A stretch of 63,818 nt of DNA, filler included, from Licmophora abbreviata (lineage: Eukaryota): NCBI GenBank assembly GCA_900291995.1. It is 4 parts of 4 records of this genome, joined end to end, with 100 filler letters (N's around TTAATTAATTAA, not from the genome) between each part and the next. Parts side by side here need not be neighbours in the genome. Positions count along the whole stretch, not along the records: positions 1 to 28,488 come from OLMU01000383.1; 3 more parts are not named here. The stretch is one strand, 5' to 3'. The translations under genes and the position numbers were made by a program. The notes under the pieces are model-generated. The model was given only the letters and a program-made list of their open reading frames with translations. It was not told the origin of the DNA and searched no databases. Every line of letters starts with the position of its first letter. Position 1 is the stretch's first letter. Below are positions 12,762-23,990 of this stretch, piece after piece.

Positions 12762-14515
12762 ATGAGCAGCACCAGAGGCATGTCGCCGCCGTCTTTGTCC
12801 TCTCAGGCGGACCATGAGGAGACGGCTGTACCTATCTTAAAAGTGATGAGACTACAGAGTCCAGATCTGGGTCAGGTGCGGTCCAAAACAAATGAACCTG
12901 TGTATCGCGACGATTTGAAATGTCTGTACCTTACTATCCGTCTTCTTGTACTCCCTCGTTTATTTTCGCATGTAGCCTACGGCAGGATCTTTGGAGCATC
13001 ATTGCCTATTGGAGAGTGCCATGGCGCTCCCTGATTCATTTGGAGGTGAGGGTTGACAACAGTGATAAAAATTTCTTTGCAATATCGCTGCTCTTGATCT
13101 CACCAAAGTTTCCTTGCTCCATACGAAATCACTCAGTCATTCACGTTGGTAAGACGACTACTGAGTCCTTCTGTTTTACGATTTCTGCTGTCACAACATC
13201 TTACCAGCTCTTGCTTGTTTGGACAGGTGAGACTTTTTCTGCATATCTGGGCGCCTTGAATGTGTCCAACGACCTACTGGTTCGTCGCCTAACGGTGACT
13301 GCTCAGCTGCAGACTCCAAACCAACGAGTTCACCTCAAATCAACACTCGATGCGTAAGTGAGAGTTTGCTGAGGGAAGCCTTCTGGCGTCTACTTGTGAT
13401 GTTTTCCCACACTCTGCATCCCATCATTTTACAGTGGCAATGCCGCTGGCGGGGTCGACGTTGCTCCAGGAGAGGGGATCAATGCGATAGTCGCTCACGC
13501 ATTGGAGGAGCCGGGGCAACACATCTTGCGTGTCGAAGTCGGCTACGGAACTGGCGACGGGGGTACAAAAACCTTGCGAAAGTTCTATCGGTTCAACGTG
13601 TCGGAGCCCTTGCGAATGGAAGAAGTGACACTGCGTTCGGGTGATGGTTCCTGTTTTGTATCCCTTTTGGTGGAGAACGTGTCGACTGGCGCCGCAGGTG
13701 GATTGGCAATTTCGTCGGTAAAGTTTGAGCCGGCAGTTGGTCTAGAGGCAGAACGAGTTGGTGGGACGTCAGCTATCAAAGAAGTGGGGACGAAGAAGAA
13801 GTCGGCGGCGGAGCTGTGGGATACATGTGGTCGTTTGGAACCAGGAGAGTCGTTTCGATATATGTTCATGGTTCAGACGTCGTCGCAGGATGCCACACTT
13901 CGGGGCATCGCTTGTGGTGATGAGTTGGGAAAGGCTGTGTTTACTTGGAACCGAGCGATGGGAGAGTCCGGTGTACTGTCTTCTTCGTCCATCCTATGCC
14001 CAGAAGCAAAGCCGCCAGGAATGTTGGAAAATGTTTCCGAAGTGTCACGTCTCATGACGGGGCCCGGCACACGGTTCGTAGTGCACGGAAGTGGCTTGTC
14101 GGTTGATGTCGCTGCCGCGGCCGCGAACCGCGCGGCCAACAAAGGGAATATCTCCTCACTGGATCAGATATTACCCGTCACAGTGGAACCTGTCGATCCG
14201 CCATCGCGCATGGAGCTTGCCAAGTCGCAAGAAGTTCAGTTCTTGATTGTCAATCATTCCACCAAACCCATGAATTTACAGTTGCAGATGAGACTCGTGC
14301 ACATGAGTGGGGTAGCCGTCTGCGGCCAGAGTTACAAAAATCTTGGAGAGGTTCCACCCTCCGGGGGGAGCTATGTGGTGGGTGTGAGACTTGTCGCCTT
14401 GGTGGCAGGTCTCGTCCGTGTTCAGGGATGTTGTGTTGTGGAGCTCACGACTGGGCAAGAAATCCCTCAGCCACCTCTTTTCAATGTCTTTGTCGAAAAT
14501 CTCACAGAACAATAA
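12762..14515 (+). CDS. TRAPPC13: Trafficking protein particle complex subunit 13 (5 exons including a 12-nt micro-exon)
   Basis: LKVMRLQSP, ALPDSFG-VIHVG-ETFSAYL, LEEPGQHILRVEV, LRKFYRFNV and LGKAVFTW. Introns 12876-12975, 13046-13136, 13149-13226 and 13354-13434 are all GT-AG and in phase. Confidence 0.88.
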
Positions 14516-14545
14516 GATAGAAAATACACGATGTTACTACGATGT

Positions 14546-16255
14546 TTATTTGTCAACAGGAGCGCAATACTGCTTATGTTCCCTCCAGTGCACGACTTGG
14601 TGTCGCTTCGAGCAATACTTCACCTCCTTGCACCTTGCACAGGAACGGGCGTCAACCGTCCGACCACAGACAGAGCAACCACCATCGTGCAAACTCACTG
14701 GATCTGGCATGGCCAAGTACATTGAAAAGAAACTTCGTTGCTTCTCGCTGTCGTCGGCGGACGAAAAGACGCCATAATGGCGGCATATGATGTGACGCCA
14801 TTGAGCTAGAGCATCTCGGCTGAGAATGCGAGCCCTGATGCAAGTTTTTTGATTGGCAGATAAGTTCACATCTTTTAGAAGTTCTCGTTCCTCCGTGCTT
14901 GTTGTCTGCGTAGCTAACTGCTCAAGTTTGTTGTCGAACACCTCAAGTAGATTCCTGCCGACATCGCCGAAGTCGACATCGCCTTTGATCCGCTGTGTCC
15001 TGAGATTGTTCTGTACGAGCTCGTCGCTCCCAACTCTGGCAAGAATGATGAAATGCCGAAGCCAGCGAAGCGACTCTGGTTCGTTGGACTGTATACTAAG
15101 GGGCTCGCTGCCGATGCCGTTCGCGCCGACACGATACGCGTGCAAGTCGTCGGGACTGGCAAACAAGGAAGTGTCTGCTAATTCATCGCGTGTGGTTGGA
15201 AAATCTCCATTCTGAAGGGCCATTATACGGTCTTTATCCTTTGGGTCAGGCAAAAGATGGGGAGGGATCTCGACACTCACGAGATCGACCATAAGATGCT
15301 CCTTGAGATAGGCATCTGGCACGAAACCATACTTGTACAAGAACGTGCAGGGAGGGCATTTTCCATACGATACGATGAGCTCTTCGCCAGGTACAAGCTT
15401 CCGCTTCGCGCTGAGACATGAGGCAAGCTTGAGCGAGCCGGGTGTGGATTTATTCGTCGGGTTTGCCTCCACTTCGACATTGATGCCCTCAGAACCATCC
15501 GGTAGACCGTTAGCGAGATCCACTAGCGGGATCAGAGAACCAGAAATTCCAGCACCCGGGCTCTCATGACTGCGAGAATTCGCAATATCAAAAGCATACT
15601 GAAACGCCTCGCTTATATCATTGCCACTCTGACAGAACAGATGAGTCACTCCATAGCTTTCGAGCGCGGGAATCAAAATCCCCTTCAGGAACCGCTCCTT
15701 GCCCTTCGATGTTGATAGGAGCATGGTTTGCGAGTAGGTTCCGCGGATTGCCTCTTCATCGGGCGATATCGTCAGATCTACCATGTCTGCTCGAGATGGC
15801 CAAGTATTTTTGAATGAATCGAACCGTGTCTCGTTGTTCAAAACGTACATGAGTAATACGGTACATAGTAAGTCTCCGGTTGGTACTTCGTTGATATGCT
15901 TTTCCGCGTAGTTCTGTAGCACAAGAAACATGTCTTTCATAGATCCCTCTCTACTCTTCCACTTGTCGCTCGCCTCCTTCACCACAGTGGCGAGAGTTAT
16001 ACGTTCTTCTTCGGGAATCATAATGAGAGTCGTCTGCGATTCGATTGCTTCCTTAACACGTAACATCAAACCGCAGTGCGTGTCGTCACGGCGGATACAG
16101 GGCTCCAGAGCCTCGTGGATGCCAAAGCCGCTCTTTCCATATTTCTTGACAAAGAAGTCCAAAAGCTGATGCGTGGCCTCAAGACGCTGCTCGAGAGACG
16201 AGGAGGTAGACGAAGACGACGCCATCGCGAAACCGCGTTCCCACGACGCTTTCAT
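14546..16255 (-). CDS. SET-domain (Rubisco-LSMT/SETD3-like) protein with C-terminal MYND zinc finger
   Basis: SLIPLVDLANG, PGEELIVSYG..FLYKYGFVP. MYND finger CSVC..CARCKEVKYCSKRHQVVHWREHKQYC. Intronless 569-aa ORF. Confidence 0.8.
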   Translation of the reverse strand: MKASWERGFAMASSSSTSSSLEQRLEATHQLLDFFVKKYGKSGFGIHEALEPCIRRDDTHCGLMLRVKEAIESQTTLIMIPEEERITLATVVKEASDKWKSREGSMKDMFLVLQNYAEKHINEVPTGDLLCTVLLMYVLNNETRFDSFKNTWPSRADMVDLTISPDEEAIRGTYSQTMLLSTSKGKERFLKGILIPALESYGVTHLFCQSGNDISEAFQYAFDIANSRSHESPGAGISGSLIPLVDLANGLPDGSEGINVEVEANPTNKSTPGSLKLASCLSAKRKLVPGEELIVSYGKCPPCTFLYKYGFVPDAYLKEHLMVDLVSVEIPPHLLPDPKDKDRIMALQNGDFPTTRDELADTSLFASPDDLHAYRVGANGIGSEPLSIQSNEPESLRWLRHFIILARVGSDELVQNNLRTQRIKGDVDFGDVGRNLLEVFDNKLEQLATQTTSTEERELLKDVNLSANQKTCIRARILSRDALAQWRHIICRHYGVFSSADDSEKQRSFFSMYLAMPDPVSLHDGGCSVCGRTVDARSCARCKEVKYCSKRHQVVHWREHKQYCAPVDK

Positions 16256-16535
16256 GTGACACTGTGATGAGAATGGAACATCGGGATTTCAATTTGAGAC
16301 GCTTCGCTCGCTAGATCTTTCGGCTCTCCCGATTTCCAGCTGTTTGACATCATGTATATATTCATGAATGAAATTTAAGTAATGCTTGAAACGCTGGAGA
16401 GTTTTATGGTTGGAAACGCTGTCTTTCATCTTGTACACGAGGGTACATACGCATATGTCAGTATTGATTCAACGTCCATGCGACACCTCGAAGTCACACA
16501 CACACATAGACTACCAACACAAAATCCGAAGGACC

Positions 16536-19500
16536 ATGGCGTCTCCGTCGAACGCGGACGCCGCTATGACTCCACAAAAACAGGCTTCCCCATCTACTGA
16601 CTTTACTTCCTATCAAGAGGAATATGGAGAAAACTGCCAGGTGCTTGGGGATGTCATGCTGCAGTCGTCGGATTGCGATTCGACGCCGCAAGGCAGCGCG
16701 TGTCGCTCGGAATCTTCGGCGTCCGAATTCTCTCCCGTTCCCATCGTGCGCTTGTCCTCCAGCGGTGACCGTCGTGAGGTGCATCAGAACGACGAAAGGA
16801 ATCTTCCTGATGAATCCATGGAAGCAGAGCAAGACTCTTCCATGGACGACCAGCAAGCTTCGCGCGGAGGCTTCGCTCGCGCACACATTGTCTTGTCATC
16901 GTCGTCGCCGGCCCAACGGCAGCATGCCGAAGATTCTCCTCCTTTGATCCCTGTAAACCCTCCTATCGATGAGCCTCCCAGTGTCGGTGCCAAGGTAGTT
17001 GAATCGAGCTGCAGCAGTGATGAAGATCAGGAGTCAACGCCCCCTCCTCTGGTTTTTCTTCGTTTGCCACTCGAGTCGAGGGGACGCTTCGCGATGGACC
17101 CGTCAAGTGACGGAGAAGAAGAGAGTCAGTCCTTGGGACTTTCGGTTGATAATTTCTCAGCTAAACATCAGGAGGGGGCGATGGGCCACTTGACCGAAGA
17201 CGAAGATAGTCAGCCGACGACCTTGGACGGATTCGCGGCCAAAGGCCAGCCAGGAACAACGGACCAGTACAATTCCCAGGAGTACTGCGTGGAAGATGCC
17301 GTGATGTTATACGATAACGATCCCGAAACGCTGCAGCCGCTCAAGCCTCACGGGCCGATTCCTTTGCCGCCCAATACGGGCCATTGCACCTGGGAATGGC
17401 AAGATGAATACAGATACGTGATAAAGGCGACCTTCCTTCCCAGTGCGGAAGGCAGGGCTCCGACGCCTCATCCAGACGACGTCGAGTATCTCTTTATGCT
17501 TTATGACTCAACTCATGTTACTGTCGTTCTGAAGAACGTCCTCCCGTCGTATGATAAAGATCTTTGGCGCATCGACAGAATAGCCGACTCTTTGAAGGAT
17601 GACTACCACCATCGCTTCCGGAGGTACGACTTGAACGAGACGACTCGTCGCTTCGAAGAAGTCGACGAAACGTTGGCAATGCGAGTTACTCAGTATCTTG
17701 AGCTACTAGTACGACAAGGGGATGTTGTGAAACAAATTGAAGGAGCGGACCCGATGTTTGAGATCGATCCTCCAGCGGAGCCTGGAAAGAGGGGCGGCCC
17801 TATTTCGATTGATCTGCGCAAGACGAAGCTATACATGATTGACTACGATTTACCGAGGTATCTACCACTTCACAATCATGATTTTGAAGATAACTTCCTA
17901 ATCAAGGATATTCTGCCCGGAGGGAAGAGGTGTATGATGAACGGGGTAAGGTCGGCGCTCGTGTCGTTATGTTTCTTGTGTCGGGCTCTGTACTGATGCG
18001 TTCGCCTTTCGCAACGTTTCTGTCCAGATCCACAAAGAAGGTCAACCATTCATGGGCCCCAATCTCTACGTCACGCCAGCGGCGTCCTATACACAGTTCC
18101 ACCAGGATGGCAATGGCACGGTCGACTCTTGCCATGTCTGCCTCATGGGAACCAACGAGGTCGTCATTTTGCGTCGATTGCCCGAAGCGCATAAGCTTAA
18201 TGCGTTAAAACTGCTGGGCGTCAAAAATCCGAAAGAGTATCTGTATCACGAACCCCACAGTGACAAATTGGTAAGAGCATGACGTGTTCGTAAGTCTCAT
18301 TTGGGGCGACAGATGACGCCACTCACCGCATGATATATGCCTCATTCCACGCAATATCTGCAGAATAAACCTGAATGGCCGAAGGTAGGGCAAATTGAAG
18401 AATGTCGGAAAATGGGGTGAGTTTAGTCATATTTTGGAATCGCCCGTGGGGCAACCATGTGATTGGTCTATCTCTGATACGCTCTATCTCTGATACGCTC
18501 TATTCTTCTTAATTAATTTTTTTCGTAAGATATTGTCCGGCTGTCTTGTCGTTGGAGCCCGGAGAGTGTCTGCTTATCTCGAAAGGAGCCCTGCATGCCT
18601 TTCGAAAGATGCCTAAATTGAGGTTATCTCCAGACTCTAGCGACTGCCATGCCAAGCTCCGCAGGGCTGTGCTTGATCGCCAGGGCGCCAACTTTCAAAA
18701 TCTGTGTGTCAGCGTTGCATGGGACTGGAGTTTTCTGGGCTCTAAGAGCGAGGGAATCAATCGAGAAGTCACAACGGCGTTGGAGTGCGCCGGTCTGAAT
18801 GAGATGCGTTGCCTGCAGGCACTTGCGATCACGCAGACAATGGTTCTTCTCAATGCAAAACTTCATGTTCCGCGAGAAAAAGCTAAGATGGGAGATGAGA
18901 ACACCTTGATTGGCTTCCCTAGCGCGGAACCAGCCCGTTCTTCTGTACAATGGAAGCCCGAATCATTGGAGATTCTCCTAGGCCTTCTACCTGCGTTGGA
19001 ATATATTGTGGAGACTCAGAATGAGTTTGGGAGGAAAGGGTGCGCAGCAGCCACCAGTAGCAGTGACATTGTGACCGGTCCCACACCCGATGCTTGGGAT
19101 AATCTCGCTGTGAGCAAGATCGATCCATACGGAAACGGAGCTTACAAGTGCGCCAATTGCTATGCAGAACTACCGAACGCCTATTTTCATTGCCTTGGTT
19201 GTGAGGAACTCTTGGAAAGTGACTTTAACATCTGCTTGGATTGTCATCAGCAGGAACGCTATGCCAAATTCGAGCGGATCCACCGGAGCTCCACGGATGA
19301 GATTAGCAGCCTGAATCATTGTGGCCATTTCCCGAAGCAGAGGACGCGGGGATGCTCGTGTAAGAAGAATAGACGAGCAATCGCCTGTGACCGATGCAAC
19401 AAGTGTAGCAGCTGCTCTTGCGAATGCCACTCGAAGTTCCAGCTTCGTTATCGCTTCTTCACTCTTGAATACTTGAACAAGCTTCTGCAAAGTGTTCGAG

Positions 19501-20060
19501 AAGCTGTCGGTGGGTACGAAGTTCCATATGCAATGGAAGCGAGAAAACGTCTAAGGCGGGTGCGCGAGAGGGTAGAAGCGTCAACGAAGCTGCGTCGAGA
19601 TGATACCTTGGCATCTGTCTCACCATCTCCCCAAAAGGCAACAGCGGAGAAGCAATCACCAACGACAGCGATCGCAGCCGGGTCGCCGAGCGCCCCCAAG
19701 GGGGAGAAGCCACCTTCTTTGAAGATTGAGCGGTCAAGCACTGCCAAGAAGCCTCCAGAGACTCCGGTATCTGAAACTCCAGGCGGGCCCCGCGATTCTA
19801 GATCTGCCACTTGCGTGTCGATGACGACGGTCGCCAGCATGCCTACTGCGAAGGCACAGTTTTCATTGAATCCAGAGGCCAAAGGTCAGCGGAAGCGCAT
19901 GTCCAGCCCAAACTCAATAGATGGTAACTGTTTACCAGGTGGTGCTGAAGTGCTCTCCAAGCGCCGGCGCCCTATTGGTAATGGTTCTATCTTTAGCGCC
20001 GAAGAGAATACGGGAGAAGACAAATTGGTGACTGGAGGAAGCGATGCGATCCATGGTTGA
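16536..20060 (+). CDS. JmjC/cupin 2-oxoglutarate-Fe(II) oxygenase with Cys-rich ZZ-like zinc fingers (4 exons)
   Basis: GPNLYVTP..YTQFHQDG (HxD) and LEPGECLLISKGALHAFRK (distal His), SVAWDW, then CANC..HCLGC..CLDCH. A short exon 18364-18416 (NKPEWP..CRKMG) joins in frame to YCPAVL. The N-terminus is acidic and disordered. Confidence 0.78.
18467..18503. repeat. 16-bp tandem duplication (tctatctctgatacgc x2.3) inside a JmjC intron
   Basis: Read directly from the sequence. Confidence 0.9.
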
Positions 20061-20397
20061 AGAGTGGCGCTATCGCCCCTTTGGAATCGCTTGCTCCTCA
20101 CGATGGTGTGGCGGCTGTCTTAGCAACGATGCGTGCATCTGCTTCCTCTGATGGAAAGCGAAATCAGCACTAAGGAAGTGAAGCGAAATCTTTAGCTTGG
20201 TGTACCGGTTTGTTGCTTCCATGTGTATGGCATGATCACCTCCGGTGTTACTCCGTACGTACAGTTCTGGTTAATTAGAATGGGCCCATAGAATGGAACA
20301 GTTATCGTGATAACTCTCAATTCCAAATGTTCGTCTATTGATAATTTGTGACGGAGCAAAAGTATCTTATCGACCCGCACCCACCATCACAGTGTCG

Positions 20398-22479
20398 TCA
20401 TTTACACAGTCTGCTACCGGTAACAGCCATATTGTTTGTACTCTCTTTCGATCGTGCCATTTCCTGAAGAAGAGCTACCAGCTCGCCCTTTTTGTGCTTG
20501 GCTGACGCGATCTCTGTTCCAAAATCAACAAAAAGTATTGAGCAGATCTCCTTTTTGAGAAGCTTCGCGACGTCCCCGTTCTTATCGGCCAATTTTAGTT
20601 TTGCGGTGGGAGCCAGCATGCGCAGCTCCTTCAGCTCTGACGCCCTACTCTTAGCTGCAGGAGTTCTTGTGCGGACGGACCACTGGAAACCCAAGCCCTC
20701 AAGTCTCTCGATCCGTTCTGCCGTCAAAGACGACTCCTGTCCATTCTGCAGTTGACGATACTGGTTCCTCTGCTGGATAACAAAGGACACAACTTCAGTG
20801 TCGGAAGAAGACCTCGGTACTCTACAGTGACCAAATTTCATCCGATAGGCTGTCAGCTTTTCCAATCCACGCGAAAACACATCTCCGTAGATATCGAAGA
20901 CAAACCCGATATCACGAAGCTGTTCCTCGCGTACTTTGGGAAGCTTTCCGTCTCGATAGCTTTTGCGCTGCTTCTGCACCCATAGAGAGAGTGTTCGATC
21001 ATCAGGATAATCGACGGGAACAGCGCAGGTCCCATGCACTTCGCGGAAAGCCTTCAAGGCTCGGAACTGGCTCTGCCACCTGCTTTCGAGAGGATCCCAT
21101 TCCACGCCGAGCTCGTCCAGATCATGAATCTTTTGACTAGTAAGTGTGCTGTCCCAGGGTCTGTCTTGATAGATTCGATACTGAGATCGCTGATAAATCA
21201 GCCAGGTGGCAAGTTCAAAGTCCTGTGCCTTCTTCACCCGCAGATTCCCATGCTGCTCACGGAACTGCTTCAGGTCCTGGATTCTCGACTCCCACTGAGA
21301 CGTGACTGGATCCCAGTCGAGACCGAGAGCATCCAACGCCAACACTCGCGGCTGCGTCATAGAAGTGGGCATCTCTTGTCGCAATTTCCTGTACTCCGTG
21401 CGCTGTGATTGAATCCAAAGTGCAAGTCCCGGAAACTCGCGATCCGTAGTAGCGTTTGAGCTGCTCACTCGGACATGCCCATGCTTCTCTTTAAACTTCC
21501 GCAGTTGCTCGTAGCGATCTTTCCATCGCAAATGAATTTTGAAAGAAAATCCAATGTCATAAAGCATTTGAATTCTCCATGGACTCAACGGATTTAACTT
21601 CCGCCCAAACTTCCGGTCGCTTATCACTTCGTGCTGATAGTAATTGTTGCGTACATATCTCCGGTAGAGCATTCGTTGCTTAAAGACCCACCGCCCCAAC
21701 GATTCGTCTTCTTTCCATTCCAATGGCACATCGACATGCCCAAAACGAGCCATGAATGCCGCTAGCTTTGTATAGTACACAAGCCATCGCTCGTCGTCTA
21801 GCTCACAGCCAAACCCGTAGTGCTCATCTCGTAGTTTGCGATTCGATCCTATTCCCCTTTCTTGCGGCGGCAAGTTGAATGGTCCGTGCCACGGAATCGG
21901 CATCTGAATGTCTGTGCTCTCAGCATTCAATGAGACGTTCTGCATTAGTTCTGTTTCATCCAGTGACCGCCACAACTGACGAGTGGCTTCCATATTGTTG
22001 CGCCGTAGTCCATTTTCGCTCAGTACATGCTCCGCCCTCCATGGAAATCCGTTCTTGTCTATCACCACATCACAGGGCGTCTCAACATTGCTGGAAGTTC
22101 TGCTAGAAAACAAGGTGACATTGTAGAGGTGTGGTTCTGGACGGCCCTGTGACCCTACCCACTTGCCATCGACGACACGACCGTTACGGTACCAAATGCG
22201 TTGTCCGTCCACTGTCAGGCGTTCCTTGTCGGGGCCGAACGTTTCTGAATATTGGCATGCCGCAGTGAAACTAGGACCTCCTTGGTTACTTTGAATTTCA
22301 CTCAGTTCATCCAAATAAATAACGGTATCGTCATCGTCGTTTTGACTGTGTGGTGAGGATGCCGGCGATGCGTTTCCAGGTCGGCCACTATGATGTCTCG
22401 AGCACTCCAGTGACCTGATAACGAATCCATGACACTTCCAGGTCGTCAAAATTGTAGCAAACAAAACTAATCTATTCAT
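20398..22479 (-). CDS. Helicase-associated (HA) domain repeat protein, 5 repeats, predicted plastid-targeted
   Basis: Five units of W..Y/F..L..F...HGH..VP....LG.WV..QR......L...RI..L..(I/L)GF.W. N-terminus MNRLVLFATILTTWKCHG-FVIRS is a signal peptide with F at +1. No helicase motifs. Confidence 0.85.
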   Translation of the reverse strand: MNRLVLFATILTTWKCHGFVIRSLECSRHHSGRPGNASPASSPHSQNDDDDTVIYLDELSEIQSNQGGPSFTAACQYSETFGPDKERLTVDGQRIWYRNGRVVDGKWVGSQGRPEPHLYNVTLFSSRTSSNVETPCDVVIDKNGFPWRAEHVLSENGLRRNNMEATRQLWRSLDETELMQNVSLNAESTDIQMPIPWHGPFNLPPQERGIGSNRKLRDEHYGFGCELDDERWLVYYTKLAAFMARFGHVDVPLEWKEDESLGRWVFKQRMLYRRYVRNNYYQHEVISDRKFGRKLNPLSPWRIQMLYDIGFSFKIHLRWKDRYEQLRKFKEKHGHVRVSSSNATTDREFPGLALWIQSQRTEYRKLRQEMPTSMTQPRVLALDALGLDWDPVTSQWESRIQDLKQFREQHGNLRVKKAQDFELATWLIYQRSQYRIYQDRPWDSTLTSQKIHDLDELGVEWDPLESRWQSQFRALKAFREVHGTCAVPVDYPDDRTLSLWVQKQRKSYRDGKLPKVREEQLRDIGFVFDIYGDVFSRGLEKLTAYRMKFGHCRVPRSSSDTEVVSFVIQQRNQYRQLQNGQESSLTAERIERLEGLGFQWSVRTRTPAAKSRASELKELRMLAPTAKLKLADKNGDVAKLLKKEICSILFVDFGTEIASAKHKKGELVALLQEMARSKESTNNMAVTGSRLCK

Positions 22480-22811
22480 TTTGGAGTGAATGCCAAGCAA
22501 TAGAAGATGTCTAGCAGACGAACGGCCTAGGAAAATCCCATTGTTGTCGGCGTCGCTGGTTATTCATGTTTTGATGTTTTCATGTTTTCGTTTTTGGTTT
22601 GTTCTTTCGACGGACGATGGACGGACCTTTCCCGCCGACGTCTGTTCGCTGGCCGGACCACAAACATAAAATGGACGACGGCCAGAGCTGCATACGTATG
22701 TTGCCTGCCATCACGTAGGACTCACGTAGATTTTGTACTGGAGAATGGGGCTTCTCCCCATCAACTTTCCCGACTCTCAAATCTGTAGACCCATCACACT
22801 TCTTCTTGACC

Positions 22812-23990
22812 ATGATGATGATGCCGTCTCGGACGGTCAGTTTGCTCTTGGTGACTGCCCTTCTGTCACTTGTAGCTCATGCCTTTGTGCCCTTTTCTGC
22901 AAAGACTTACGTTTCATCATGTCGAGCGTCCTCCTCTCGGCTGTTTGGATACGGCGATAAGGCCTTCTATGACAACACGGTTCGCACGGACATCCGGAAT
23001 TTCCTAACGCAACGGGCCTTTCAAAGTTTCTTGTTCTTGCTGGAATCTTGTCGAGACCCGCACACCATAACGTGGCTTGAAGATACCTACGGGTGGTCCA
23101 ATCTGGAGAACTTTCACGGCACCGGCTTCTTCAACTTGACTCTGTATCCTTCATGGGATACACTTTTGCTCGATCTCATGTCGCAGCCACCCGGAGTGGT
23201 CGTCGTACGAGCCAAGCGACGCGGAAGAGGACACGGCGGGTGGAGCAAGCACAATCCTCATTTGGAAGAGCGCTTTGTGGAGTTTGATATTGACATTGAC
23301 CCCGTCTCGTTGGCGTCTCGTCTCTTGGCAGTCCGAGAACAGCTTGCGGGCGAGTGGCTTGCCGATCTCGATACGCTCGTGAGCATGAATGCCATGATTC
23401 TCCAGTCATACCAGGAGTATACACGGACGGCACGAGAAAGTGACACCACCGGAAAGCAAGTCTTTGAGCGCAACGCAGACTTTCTCATTGGCAACACGAA
23501 TGCAATGAGCTTTACGAGCCCGTCACCACTGCGAAAGGGGAACTTCGACCTAGTGGTCTTGTTGGCGACTCAGGAAAGCGTACATCGTGTGCTGCGGAAG
23601 TATCGGGATGAAGCTGATGGACAGTCATCCGTATCACTTGAGTGGCTGCGGGAATTTTACAAGGAGCGCGTCGCTTCTCACTTTGATGGCAATCAAGAGT
23701 ACGGTCGTGCCGATGACTTCCTAGAGGCGCTCTTGCTGACACCGCCATCGGTCAAGCGAAAGAGCGGGTCGCGCGGTGGAGACGAGGTGGACTTGATTGA
23801 TCCCCTGATGATCACAGAGGATATTCTGCGCATGCGAAGTCGAGTAGCCCACGACTGGAAAGATGTAGTGAAGAATGCTCCTGCAGAACATACGGACTTG
23901 CGAAAAGTACTTCTAGGGCGACAAATGGAAAAGTGGGGACAACCTGAAACGCCAGCAGCTGTGGAGGGAGATGATGGAGCTTTCCAGTGA
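22812..23990 (+). CDS. Predicted plastid protein with two RbcX-like repeats (uncharacterised)
   Basis: Signal peptide ending VAHA-FVP plus an S/R-rich transit peptide. Two internal repeats resemble RbcX (see findings). Intronless. The CDS is solid; the fold assignment is tentative. Confidence 0.75.
   Translation: MMMMPSRTVSLLLVTALLSLVAHAFVPFSAKTYVSSCRASSSRLFGYGDKAFYDNTVRTDIRNFLTQRAFQSFLFLLESCRDPHTITWLEDTYGWSNLENFHGTGFFNLTLYPSWDTLLLDLMSQPPGVVVVRAKRRGRGHGGWSKHNPHLEERFVEFDIDIDPVSLASRLLAVREQLAGEWLADLDTLVSMNAMILQSYQEYTRTARESDTTGKQVFERNADFLIGNTNAMSFTSPSPLRKGNFDLVVLLATQESVHRVLRKYRDEADGQSSVSLEWLREFYKERVASHFDGNQEYGRADDFLEALLLTPPSVKRKSGSRGGDEVDLIDPLMITEDILRMRSRVAHDWKDVVKNAPAEHTDLRKVLLGRQMEKWGQPETPAAVEGDDGAFQ

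Noticed and set aside
20398..22479. HA-repeat gene as a helicase or mobile element
   Set aside because: No Walker or helicase motifs, no transposase or RT motifs, and no terminal repeats.
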